Assembly (NCBI GenBank): GCA_037200045.1 | Contig: JBBCHM010000002.1 | Location: 669,241-733,240, forward strand | Origin: Rhizomicrobium sp. | Lineage (GTDB): Bacteria; Pseudomonadota; Alphaproteobacteria; Micropepsales; Micropepsaceae | DNA length: 64,000 nucleotides | Direction: 5' to 3' | Part shown: in pieces, positions 28,410-37,760 of the stretch | Position numbering within the stretch: the stretch's first letter is position 1 | How the letters are laid out: each line of letters begins with the position of its first letter | The notes under the pieces: generated by a model | What the model was told of the DNA's origin: nothing | Databases searched by the model: none | What the model saw: the letters and a program-made list of their open reading frames with translations, nothing else | Made by a program: the position numbers and the translations under genes

Positions 28410-30269
28410 CTACGCGACAGGCTCCTTCAGCGGCGACGACGTACGGCCGGACTGGACGGAGGCATCCCCGTAAGTGACGACCGTGTCGGCCGCGAAGCCG
28501 CCGGCGCGCCATTCGCCGATCACGCGCTCATATTCCAACGGGCCGGCGCCATAGGTCCCGCCGACGAAGGTCGGCTTGTCCCGGAACTCGCCCTCGTTGT
28601 TCAGGAAGCCCGGCGTGCACTCTTCGTAGAAATGCGTCATGTCGTGGTGCTTGGCTTGCAGTTCCGCCAGCCAGCGCTGCTCGGCCTCGGGCGTGACCTC
28701 CATGGTCCTGACGCCGCTCTCCAGGCAGCGCGCGATGAGATCGGTCGCGTGGACCGCCTGCATCGACAGCGTGTGCGTGAAGTTGAACGCCGTGGTTCCC
28801 TGCGCGGTGCCGCCGACGATATGGAAATTGGGAAATCCGGCGATCTGCGTGCCGTGCACCGAGCGCACGCCATGCGCCCATTTCGTGTCGAGCGTCACAC
28901 CGTTTCGGCCGATCAATGTGTAGCCGCCCACCTTGTGCGGCGGCGCGCCGACGTCGAAGCCGGTCGCGAAAACGATGCATTCGACGGCGTATTCACGGCC
29001 ATTGAAGACCACGCCCGCTTCGGTGATCGCATCGACGCCATGCCCATCCGTATCGACGAGCGTGATGTTTTCCCGGTTGAAGGCCTGCAGGAAATCGTCG
29101 CTGAACAGGGGCCGCTTGCAGAGATAATTGTACCAGGGCTTCACGGCTTCGGCGATTCTGGGATCCTTGACGATCTCGGACACGCGTTGCCGGATCTCTT
29201 CCATCTTTTCGTAGTCGACGCGCTGCATCAGCTCGGGCGGCGGGACTTGCGATCCCGTTTCGTGCTGTTCGGCCATCAGGGCGCCGAAGCGCTTCCAGAA
29301 ATCCGTCCAACGGTCGCCGACCATGTCTTCGCTCTGCGGCAGGCCGGAGATGAGCGCCAGGAAATTGTTCATGCGCTGTTGCTGCCAGCCGGGCGGCTGG
29401 CTCTTGAACCAGTCCCGATCGGTCGGCGCGTTGTCGCGCACATCGATGGCGGACGGCGTGCGCTGGAACACGAACAGATGGCCGGCATGCGGCGCTAACC
29501 TGGGCACGATCTGCACCGCCGTGGCCCCGGTGCCGATCACCGCGACGCGCTCGGTGGACAGCTTCGTCTGCCCGCCGCTGGCGTCGCCGCCGGTATAGCG
29601 ATAGTCCCAGCGACTGCTGTGGAACAGCTTGCCCTTGAACGACTTGATCCCGGGAATGCCCGGCAATTTCACTTTCGCCAGCGGGCCCTGGCTCACCGTA
29701 ACGAAACGGGCGCGCAGCACATCGCCGCGATCGGTCTTGATATGCCAACGCGCCGACGCCTCGTCCCAGGCGATGGTGAGGACCTTGGTCTGGAACAGGG
29801 CCTGCTCGTAGAGGCCGTAGTGCCGGCCGATCGCCTGGCAATGCTCGAAAATCTCCCCGCCCGCCACGTATTTCTCGCGCGGGATCGTTCCGACTTCCTC
29901 GAGCAACGGCATATAGACATAGGATTCGATGTCACAGCGCACGCCGGGATAGCGATTCCAATACCAGGTGCCGCCGAAGTCGCTGGCCTGCTCGATGATA
30001 CGGAACGAGTTGACGCCCAGATCGCGAAGCTTTGCCGCGGTCAGAAGGCCACCGAGGCCGCCGCCGACAATCGCGACATCGACATCCTCGACGACGGCGT
30101 CGCGCACAAGCGGCGTGTCGATATAGGGGTCCGCAACGAAGCCTTCGAACTCGCCGGTGGCTTCGATGTATTGGCTTTGGCCGTCGCGCCGCAGCCGCTT
30201 GTCGCGTTCGTCGAGATATTTCCGATGCAGCGCCTCGTAAGACGCAGGCTTCCCCCCGGCATCCGTCAT
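28410..30269 (-). CDS. Type I Baeyer-Villiger monooxygenase (CPDMO-like long form)
   Basis: GGGLGG, GGTWYWNRYPG, fingerprint FKGKLFHSSRWD, GTGATA, ATGF; start MTDAGG at 30269. Confidence 0.92.
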   Translation of the reverse strand: MTDAGGKPASYEALHRKYLDERDKRLRRDGQSQYIEATGEFEGFVADPYIDTPLVRDAVVEDVDVAIVGGGLGGLLTAAKLRDLGVNSFRIIEQASDFGGTWYWNRYPGVRCDIESYVYMPLLEEVGTIPREKYVAGGEIFEHCQAIGRHYGLYEQALFQTKVLTIAWDEASARWHIKTDRGDVLRARFVTVSQGPLAKVKLPGIPGIKSFKGKLFHSSRWDYRYTGGDASGGQTKLSTERVAVIGTGATAVQIVPRLAPHAGHLFVFQRTPSAIDVRDNAPTDRDWFKSQPPGWQQQRMNNFLALISGLPQSEDMVGDRWTDFWKRFGALMAEQHETGSQVPPPELMQRVDYEKMEEIRQRVSEIVKDPRIAEAVKPWYNYLCKRPLFSDDFLQAFNRENITLVDTDGHGVDAITEAGVVFNGREYAVECIVFATGFDVGAPPHKVGGYTLIGRNGVTLDTKWAHGVRSVHGTQIAGFPNFHIVGGTAQGTTAFNFTHTLSMQAVHATDLIARCLESGVRTMEVTPEAEQRWLAELQAKHHDMTHFYEECTPGFLNNEGEFRDKPTFVGGTYGAGPLEYERVIGEWRAGGFAADTVVTYGDASVQSGRTSSPLKEPVA

Positions 30270-30387
30270 CGCAATCGCCTCCCAGTCGCCGTTTCTGTTC
30301 GTCCAGACACTCTTCGGGTCTGTGGCGCCTGCCCGCCCGGGTCGAGAAAAGGGCTTGAGCAAACGTCGCACCGATCATATAGATTAT

Positions 30388-30404
30388 ATGCTAGCATGCA
30401 AGAT
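30388..30404. promoter_or_regulatory. Third copy of the GntR operator motif (ATGCTAGCATGCAAGAT)
   Basis: In the BVMO/mhpD divergent region; 16/17 match to the 27647 copy. Confidence 0.65.
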
Positions 30405-30449
30405 GGTCGAACACGGAACGAACGGCCGCCGCTTAAGGGCGGACAAGAC

Positions 30450-31268
30450 ATGGGGACGGAAATGGCAGCGGGCACCAAGACGGCAACCGCCGGTATCGAT
30501 CACGCGGCCATAGCGGCGCGCCTGCGCGAGGCCTATGCCGGCCGGCCGCTGGCACCGATCCGCGACGCCCTCGCCGGCGCGACGGCCGACGACGCCTATG
30601 CAATCCAGTCCGAAAATACCCGCTTCTGGCTCCGCGAAGGGCGCAAGCGGGTCGGGGCCAAGATCGGTCTCACCGCGAAATCGGTACAGGCGCAATTGGG
30701 CGTCGACCAACCGGATTTCGGCGCGCTGTTCGCCGACATGCAGGTTGAGGATGGCGGCACGGTGGCGGCGGGCCGGCTGATCCAGCCGAAAGTGGAGGCG
30801 GAGATCGCCTTCGTGCTTGGCCACACGCCGGATCCGGCGGCCGATGATCTGTCCGCACTGGCGGACGCAGTCGCCCATGCGCTGCCGGCCATCGAGATCG
30901 TCGACAGCCGCATCGAGAATTGGAATATCGGCCTGATCGACACCATCGCCGACAATGCGTCGTCGGGCCTGTTCGTGCTTGGCACGACGCCCGCGGCGCT
31001 GCGCAATATCGACCTGCAACTCTGCGGCATGGTGCTGGAAAAGAACGGCGAGCCGACATCGTTCGGCGCCGGCGCCGCCTGTCTCGGAAATCCGCTGATT
31101 GCGCTGCGATGGCTCGCCCGCAGGATGGCCAGCCTGGGAAGTCCCCTTGCGAAAGGCGACATCGTGCTCGCTGGCGCGCTTGGTCCGATGATCGCGGCCG
31201 CGCCGGGGGACACCTTCACGGCATCGATCGCCGGACTCGGCTCGGTCCATGTGCAATTCGGGCGCTGA
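30450..31268 (+). CDS. mhpD: 2-keto-4-pentenoate hydratase
   Basis: [41 protein letters not shown]. Confidence 0.92.
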   Translation: MGTEMAAGTKTATAGIDHAAIAARLREAYAGRPLAPIRDALAGATADDAYAIQSENTRFWLREGRKRVGAKIGLTAKSVQAQLGVDQPDFGALFADMQVEDGGTVAAGRLIQPKVEAEIAFVLGHTPDPAADDLSALADAVAHALPAIEIVDSRIENWNIGLIDTIADNASSGLFVLGTTPAALRNIDLQLCGMVLEKNGEPTSFGAGAACLGNPLIALRWLARRMASLGSPLAKGDIVLAGALGPMIAAAPGDTFTASIAGLGSVHVQFGR

Positions 31269-31272
31269 GAAT

Positions 31273-32205
31273 ATGAAGAAAAAAACCGCCATCATCGGCT
31301 CCGGCAATATCGGCACCGACCTGATGATCAAGATCCTGCGGCATTCCAAGGTGCTGGAGATGGCCGCGATGGTGGGCATCGATCCCCAATCGGATGGGCT
31401 TGCGCGCGCCGACCGGCTCGGCATCGCGACCACGCATGACGGGATGGAAGGGTTGATGGCGCTGCCCGTCTGGCCGGACATCGAGATCGTGTTCGACGCG
31501 ACCTCGGCCGGCGCGCATTCGCTCCACGCCGCGCTGGTCCGCGAGGCCGGCAAGACGATGATCGATCTCACGCCGGCCGCCATCGGTCCCTATGTGATCC
31601 CGGTCGTCAACGGCGATATCCATCTCGACGCGCCCAATGTGAACATGGTGACCTGCGGCGGACAGGCGACCATTCCGATCGTGGCGGCGGTGTCGTCGGT
31701 CGCGACCGTGCACTATGCCGAGATCGTCGCGTCCATCGCGTCGAAAAGCGCCGGTCCCGGAACTCGCGCGAACATCGACGAGTTCACCGAGACGACGGCG
31801 CGCGGCATCGAGCAAGTTGGAGGCGCCGCCAAAGGCAAGGCGATCATCATCCTGAACCCCGCCGAGCCGCCGCTCCTGATGCGCGACACGGTCTATACCT
31901 TGTCGTCCGGCGCCGAGGAGGCGACGATCGCGGCTGCGATCCTAGCCATGGTGGCGAAGGTGCAAAGCTATGTGCCGGGCTATCGCCTCAAGCAGGCCCT
32001 GCAGTTCGAGCGGTTCGGTTCGAACAATCCGATCCGGTTTCCGGGCCAGGGAACGTTCGAGGGGATCAAGACCACGGCCTTCATCGAGGTGGAGGGCGCG
32101 GCCGACTATCTCCCGGCCTATGCCGGCAATCTCGACATCATGACCTCCGCCGCGCTTCGGACCGCCGAACAGATCGCCGAGCGGCGGCGCAAGGAAGCGG
32201 CGTGA
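31273..32205 (+). CDS. mhpF: Acetaldehyde dehydrogenase (acylating)
   Basis: [51 protein letters not shown]. Confidence 0.95.
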   Translation: MKKKTAIIGSGNIGTDLMIKILRHSKVLEMAAMVGIDPQSDGLARADRLGIATTHDGMEGLMALPVWPDIEIVFDATSAGAHSLHAALVREAGKTMIDLTPAAIGPYVIPVVNGDIHLDAPNVNMVTCGGQATIPIVAAVSSVATVHYAEIVASIASKSAGPGTRANIDEFTETTARGIEQVGGAAKGKAIIILNPAEPPLLMRDTVYTLSSGAEEATIAAAILAMVAKVQSYVPGYRLKQALQFERFGSNNPIRFPGQGTFEGIKTTAFIEVEGAADYLPAYAGNLDIMTSAALRTAEQIAERRRKEAA

Positions 32206-33242
32206 TGGCGTTCGATCCGACAACGACCAAGCTCTACATCCAGGACGTGACGCTGCGCGACGGCATGCATGCGATCCGTCATCGCTACGGCCTCAGCCAT
32301 GTCCGCGCCATCGCGGCGGCGCTCGACGGCGCCGGTGTCGACGCCATCGAGATCGCGCATGGCGACGGGCTCGAAGGCTCGTCCTTCAACTATGGCCTGG
32401 GGGCGCACACCGACTGGGAATGGATCGAAGCCGTGGCCGATTGCGTCGAGCGCGCCGTCGTCACCACGCTGCTGCTGCCCGGCATCGGCACGGTGCACGA
32501 CCTCAAACAGGCCTACCGGCTGGGGGCGCGCTCGGTGCGGATCGCAACGCACTGCACCGAGGCGGACGTTGCCCGGCAGCATATCGCCGCCGCGCGCGAT
32601 CTCGGCATGGACACGGCCGGCTTTTTGATGATGAGCCACATGATCGAGCCCGACCGGCTGGCGGCGCAGGCCAAGCTGATGGAAAGCTATGGCGCGACCT
32701 GTGTCTATGTGACGGATTCGGGCGGCGCGCTCGACATGGACGGCGTGCGCGAAAGGCTGGAAGCCTATGATCGCGTGCTGGAGCCGCGGACGGCGCGCGG
32801 GATCCACGCGCATCATAATCTCAGCCTCGGCGTGGCGAATTCCCTGGTGGCGGTACAGGCGGGCGCCATCCGTATCGATGCCAGCCTGACCGGCATGGGT
32901 GCCGGGGCGGGCAACGCGCCGCTGGAGGTCTTCATCGCCGCCGCCGACCGCAAGGGCTGGCGGCATGGCTGCGATCTCTACAAGCTGATGGACGCCGCCG
33001 AGGATCTCGTGCGGCCGTTGCAGGACCGGCCGGTCCGGGTGGACCGCGAGACGCTCAGTCTCGGCTATGCCGGCGTGTATTCCTCCTTCCTGCGCCATGC
33101 CGAAAAGGCCAGCGCCGACCACGGCATCGACACGCGCGAGATATTGGTCGAGCTTGGCCGCCGTCGCATGGTCGGAGGGCAAGAGGATATGATCGTCGAC
33201 GTCGCGCTCGACCTGCTGGCCGCGCGCGGCGCGACGTCTTAG
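32202..33242 (+). CDS. mhpE: 4-hydroxy-2-oxovalerate aldolase (DmpG-type)
   Basis: [44 protein letters not shown]. Confidence 0.95.
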   Translation: MMAFDPTTTKLYIQDVTLRDGMHAIRHRYGLSHVRAIAAALDGAGVDAIEIAHGDGLEGSSFNYGLGAHTDWEWIEAVADCVERAVVTTLLLPGIGTVHDLKQAYRLGARSVRIATHCTEADVARQHIAAARDLGMDTAGFLMMSHMIEPDRLAAQAKLMESYGATCVYVTDSGGALDMDGVRERLEAYDRVLEPRTARGIHAHHNLSLGVANSLVAVQAGAIRIDASLTGMGAGAGNAPLEVFIAAADRKGWRHGCDLYKLMDAAEDLVRPLQDRPVRVDRETLSLGYAGVYSSFLRHAEKASADHGIDTREILVELGRRRMVGGQEDMIVDVALDLLAARGATS

Positions 33243-33255
33243 CGGAGGCTGTGGC

Positions 33256-34002
33256 ATGGATCTGGGTATCGCGGGACGCAAGGCTATCGTGTGCGCGGCC
33301 AGTCACGGCCTTGGCAAGGCCTGCGCCACCGCGCTGGCGCGCGAAGGCGTCGACGTGCTGATCAACGGTCGCGACCCGGATGCGCTCGAAGCGGCCGCCG
33401 ACGCGATCCGGCGGCAGGCGCCGAATGTCTCGGTCCTCACGGTGGCCGGAAGCGTCACCGACCCCGATTGTCGCGCGGCCATGCTGAGCGCCGTCCCGGA
33501 TCCGGACATCCTGGTGAACAATGCCGGCGGGCCGCCGCCCGGCGATTTCCGCAACTGGAGCCGCGAGACCTGGATCGCCGCCCTCGACGCCAACATGCTG
33601 AGCGCGATCGAGCTGATCCGCCTTTCGCTCGACGGCATGGCGGAACGCGGCTTCGGCCGCATCGTCAATATCACCTCATCCACCGTCCGCGTCCCCATCC
33701 CGGTGCTGGGGCTGTCGAATGCGGCGCGCGCCGGCCTGACGAATTTCGTGTTCGGTCTGGTGCCCCAGGTCTCGGCCAAGGGGATCACGATCAACAATCT
33801 CCTGCCCGGCCCCTTCGACACCAACCGCCTGCGCAATTCGAAGGAGATCACGCGTCATCTCACCAGCAATCCCGTCGCGGGACGGGTCGGCGATCCCGAC
33901 GAACTCGGCGCGGTCTGCGCATTTCTGTGCAGCAGGCATGCCGGCTATCTGACCGGCCAGAACATCCTGATCGACGGCGGTCTCTATCCGGGAAGTTTTT
34001 AG
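33256..34002 (+). CDS. SDR family oxidoreductase
   Basis: CAASHGLGKA, NNAGGPPPG, SNAARAG, GYLTGQNILIDGG. Confidence 0.88.
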   Translation: MDLGIAGRKAIVCAASHGLGKACATALAREGVDVLINGRDPDALEAAADAIRRQAPNVSVLTVAGSVTDPDCRAAMLSAVPDPDILVNNAGGPPPGDFRNWSRETWIAALDANMLSAIELIRLSLDGMAERGFGRIVNITSSTVRVPIPVLGLSNAARAGLTNFVFGLVPQVSAKGITINNLLPGPFDTNRLRNSKEITRHLTSNPVAGRVGDPDELGAVCAFLCSRHAGYLTGQNILIDGGLYPGSF

Positions 34003-34026
34003 GCCATCCCGTCGCGGCGCGTGAGG

Positions 34027-35631
34027 CTATTCGTCGGATTGTTGATTGGCGATGTCGGCATCCCGAAGATCGAGCTCATGCTCGATTCGACGCCGCGCTT
34101 CGTCTTTCAGCCCGCCGCTCCGATAGAGTTCGTTGACGAACGCCCGCTCGGCGGCAATCAATTGAAACTCGATATCGTCGTGAAGTTCGGAAAGCCTCTG
34201 CTTGATTTCATCGCGACCGCTTCTCTGATCGATCTGATTCAGCCGGTCGCGGTTGAGGACACGGAGCGGCTCGACGACGTCGTCCGAGAGCTGCCGCTCC
34301 ATGGCGATATCCTCGAGCCGGGCCATCGCCGCCTCGACGGCCCGCCGCCGGGCGGCAAATTCCTCGGTCCGATTGGCCTGTAATTCCTGCGCGCCGGCGC
34401 GGGCGAGGCCAAGGCCGCGCATCACCGCCGGCAACAGCAGGCCCTGCCCGACCAGCGTGACCAGGATGACCGAGAATGTCAGGAAAAGTATGAGGTCGCG
34501 ATGCGGAAACGGCGTCCCGTTCTCGATCGCGATGGGGATGGCGAGCGCGGCCGCCAGCGAAACGATGCCGCGAATGCCGGTGAACGCCAGCGCGAACGGC
34601 CATTGCCATGGCGGCGAAGGATCCTTCCGCGCGATTGCGGGGATCAGCCATCGCGGCAGGTAGGTAGCTGGATACATCCATACGAATCGCGAGACGATCA
34701 CCACCGCGCTGACGATGACGGCGGAAAAAACCAGTTCGGAAATCGAATAGCCGCGGATGCCCTCCAGCAGGGCGCGCGCCTGAAGGCCGGTGATGAGGAA
34801 CACCATGCCTTCGATCAGGTATATGAAAAAACTCCAGAAGAAGACGCCCTGCAGGCGCGTCGCCGCGCTGATCATCCGAAGCCCGTTCCAGCTGATGTAA
34901 AGCCCGGCCGTCACCGTCGCGAGCACGCCCGAACCGCCCAACATTTCTGGCGGCCAATAGGCGAGGAAGGGCGTGAGGACGGAAAGCAGGATCTCTATGC
35001 GCGGCTCCGCGACCCAGCCGCGCAATCGCAGCATTGCCCAGCCGATGGCGATGCCCCAGAGAATCTCGCCGACGACGATGGCGGCGAACGCCCCTGCGGC
35101 GTGACCAAGGGAAAACGAACCCGTGCTGACCGCGACGACCGCGAAGCGATACAGGATCAGCGCCGTGGCATCGTTTGCCAGTCCCTCGCCTTCAAGAATG
35201 ACCGCGAGGCGCCTGGGAAGCTGCATGCGGCGGACGATCGAAAGCGGCGCCACGGCGTCCGGCGGCGAAACGATGGCGCCCAGGGTAAAGCCCACAGGCC
35301 ATGGAAGGCCGAGAAAGGCGTGCGTCGCCCAGGCAACCGCGCCCGTGGTGAACACGACGCAGCCCACCGCGAGGAGCGATATGGGCCGAAGATTGAAGCG
35401 AAATTCGCGCCAGCTCATCGCGACGGCCGACGAATAGATCACCGGCGGCAGCACCAGAAGCAGCACCAGTTCGGGCGCCAGCTGCAGCGGGGGCAATCCG
35501 GGTATCAGCGCCAGCACGACGCCCGTCAGGACAAGAAGTATGGATGGCGGGATTTTCAGGCGCGACGCCGCGAACGCAGCCCCGGCGATCACGAAAAGCA
35601 GGGAAATCAAAATCTGGAGCGTCGAGGTCAT
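34027..35631 (-). CDS. Na+/H+ antiporter, CPA1 family
   Basis: LVLPPVIY, SPPDAVA, ILEGEGLANDATAL, TGIRGIVSLAAAL; many TM segments. Confidence 0.92.
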   Translation of the reverse strand: MTSTLQILISLLFVIAGAAFAASRLKIPPSILLVLTGVVLALIPGLPPLQLAPELVLLLVLPPVIYSSAVAMSWREFRFNLRPISLLAVGCVVFTTGAVAWATHAFLGLPWPVGFTLGAIVSPPDAVAPLSIVRRMQLPRRLAVILEGEGLANDATALILYRFAVVAVSTGSFSLGHAAGAFAAIVVGEILWGIAIGWAMLRLRGWVAEPRIEILLSVLTPFLAYWPPEMLGGSGVLATVTAGLYISWNGLRMISAATRLQGVFFWSFFIYLIEGMVFLITGLQARALLEGIRGYSISELVFSAVIVSAVVIVSRFVWMYPATYLPRWLIPAIARKDPSPPWQWPFALAFTGIRGIVSLAAALAIPIAIENGTPFPHRDLILFLTFSVILVTLVGQGLLLPAVMRGLGLARAGAQELQANRTEEFAARRRAVEAAMARLEDIAMERQLSDDVVEPLRVLNRDRLNQIDQRSGRDEIKQRLSELHDDIEFQLIAAERAFVNELYRSGGLKDEARRRIEHELDLRDADIANQQSDE

Positions 35632-35997
35632 GGGCGGATCTTGGCCGAATGGCGCTGGCGAGGTTGGACCGGTCAGCCGATGCTAAGGCATCCGGGACGC
35701 ATCCGTTAAGCGGGATCGTCCGGCCGGATTTCACATAGCGCACAGGCACCTGCCATCCGGGCGCGCCGGCATTTCACGAGAGCCCACGGGCTCTCAGGTT
35801 GCCGCTCGTCGAGTCCGGAAAGAAGCCGATCTTGCGGCACCCCGCCATGGAAGCCGGCAAATCAAACCGGCCGGTGAAGTCTTCGACCACCGGTGCGATC
35901 GTCATCCACGGTTAGTCTCGTGCCAACTCGACCGCGGTGCCGGCCAGCGCATCCCCGCTGATGTGTCACGCGTCCAGGAACGGCGCGGTGCGCGCGA

Positions 35998-36747
35998 TCA
36001 AAGCTTCGAGCCACCGTCGACGCGCAGCGTGTCGCCGCTGACCCAGCGGGCGGCGTCGGAAGCGAGAAAGGCGATGGCGTCGGCGATGTCGGCGGGTTGG
36101 GCGACGCGCTTGAGGGCTTGTATCCCGAAGACGATCTCCCGCCCGGCCTCGGTGCCGGCGAAGCTTGACATGTCGGTCTCCACCACGCCGGGCGCCACCG
36201 CATTGACCCGCACGCCGCGCTCGCCCAGGGCCGCGGCGAAGTGCTTCACCAGCGTGTCGATGGCCCCTTTGGTGGCCGCGTAGGCCGAGAGCGTTCCGAC
36301 ATTGGCATGGGCGGCCAGCGAAGAGAGCAGGACCACGCTGGAACCGTTGCCCAGGACCGGCATCAACTGCTGGACCAGGAAGAAGGGCGCGCGAACGTTG
36401 ACGGCGAACAGGTTGTCGAAATCCTCGACTGTGTAGTCTTCGATCGGAGCGGACTTGGCGACGCCCGCATTGGCGACCAGGATGTCGAGACGATCGCCGA
36501 CGATGCGGCGCACCTCCGCCGCCAGTTTGTGCGCTCCGTCCGCGGCGGCCAGATCGGCCGCTAGAGCCTGAGCGCGGCCGCCGGCGTCGCGAATCTCGCC
36601 GACGACCGCGTTCGCTTCGGCGGCATTCCTGCCGTAGTGGACGAGCACCTGCGCTCCGGCCTTGGCGAGGGCCAGAGCGGTGGCGCGGCCGATGCCGCGG
36701 GAGGCGCCGGTAACAAGAGCGGTCTTGCCGGAGAGGGTATTGGTCAT
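35998..36747 (-). CDS. SDR family oxidoreductase
   Basis: TGASRGIG, NAG, YAATK, VNAVAPG. Confidence 0.92.
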   Translation of the reverse strand: MTNTLSGKTALVTGASRGIGRATALALAKAGAQVLVHYGRNAAEANAVVGEIRDAGGRAQALAADLAAADGAHKLAAEVRRIVGDRLDILVANAGVAKSAPIEDYTVEDFDNLFAVNVRAPFFLVQQLMPVLGNGSSVVLLSSLAAHANVGTLSAYAATKGAIDTLVKHFAAALGERGVRVNAVAPGVVETDMSSFAGTEAGREIVFGIQALKRVAQPADIADAIAFLASDAARWVSGDTLRVDGGSKL

Positions 36748-36796
36748 GGCTTGGGTCCTTTCACATTGACGGGTTCAGGCACTTGGTTCGCATCGG

Positions 36797-37540
36797 TCAG
36801 GCGTTGGTGCCGCCATCGATGGTCAGGCTCGCGCCGGTGATGTACGAAGCCTCGGGACCGGCGATGAACGACACCATCGCCGCGATATCGTCGACACTGC
36901 CGTAACGTTTGAGCGCCGTATTGGCCTTCTGGGGGATCGCCCATTCGCTCGCGGCGGGATTCAAATCCGTATCGATCGGGCCGGGCTGGACATTGTTGAC
37001 CGTGATGCCGCGGTCGCCGACCTCCCGGCACAACCCCTGTGTAAACATTTTGATCGCGCCCTTCGTGGCCGCGTAAGCCGCAAGCCCGGGGGTCATCATG
37101 CGTTCGCCCACGCAAGAGCCAATCATGATGACGCGGCCGCCGTCCTTCATGTGCTTCAACGCTTCCTGTGTCGCGATGAAGGTGCCGCGGACGTTGAGAT
37201 CGATAACGCGATCCAGTTCCTCCAGCGTCGCCTCCTCGAACCTTTTCGGAATGGCCGTGCCGGCGTTGTTCACAAGCACGTCGAAACCGCCGAAGGTAGC
37301 AACTGTCTTTTCAAACGCGGCCTTAACGGCTTTGGCGTCGACGGCATACGCCTGGATCGCGATCGCTGTTCCGCCGGTGCGCCTGATGGCCTCGACGACC
37401 GACGCCGCGGCATCGGCGCCTTTCGTGTAAGTGATGGCGACCTTGGCTCCGTCGGCGGCAAGACGCCTGGCGATGGCCGCCCCGATGCCGCGCGAGCCGC
37501 CGGTGACGAGCGCAATCTTGCCTTCGAGCTTCTTCGACAC
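36797..37540 (-). CDS. SDR family oxidoreductase (BdcA/YjgI-like)
   Basis: TGGSRGIG, NNAG, YAATK, VQPGPIDTDLNP; GTG start with AAGGAGG RBS. Confidence 0.92.
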   Translation of the reverse strand: MSKKLEGKIALVTGGSRGIGAAIARRLAADGAKVAITYTKGADAAASVVEAIRRTGGTAIAIQAYAVDAKAVKAAFEKTVATFGGFDVLVNNAGTAIPKRFEEATLEELDRVIDLNVRGTFIATQEALKHMKDGGRVIMIGSCVGERMMTPGLAAYAATKGAIKMFTQGLCREVGDRGITVNNVQPGPIDTDLNPAASEWAIPQKANTALKRYGSVDDIAAMVSFIAGPEASYITGASLTIDGGTNA

Positions 37541-37760
37541 TTTTTCCTCCTTAAGGCGACGCGCCGCCGGTTTGGACTCTTGCCGAGCGGCTGTCCGGAA
37601 AAATTGCAGCGAACCTGCGTGATTTGGATTTTCCGATCACCGACCGAGCAAGCGAAAACGGCCGCCGTCTCGAACGGCGCCGGCGCCTTGCCGACCGAAT
37701 GAAATGTCATGACACTCACGCGGGCGCCCGGCATTGGCGCATCGAAGGTGCAATTCGCCG

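Noticed and set aside
35770-35910. Possible 43-aa minus-strand ORF (MTIAPVVEDF...) upstream of the antiporter
   Set aside because: No clear RBS or motif; likely a chance ORF
36797-37540. Role as BdcA c-di-GMP-binding biofilm dispersal protein
   Set aside because: Only general SDR-subfamily resemblance; the function cannot be supported from sequence
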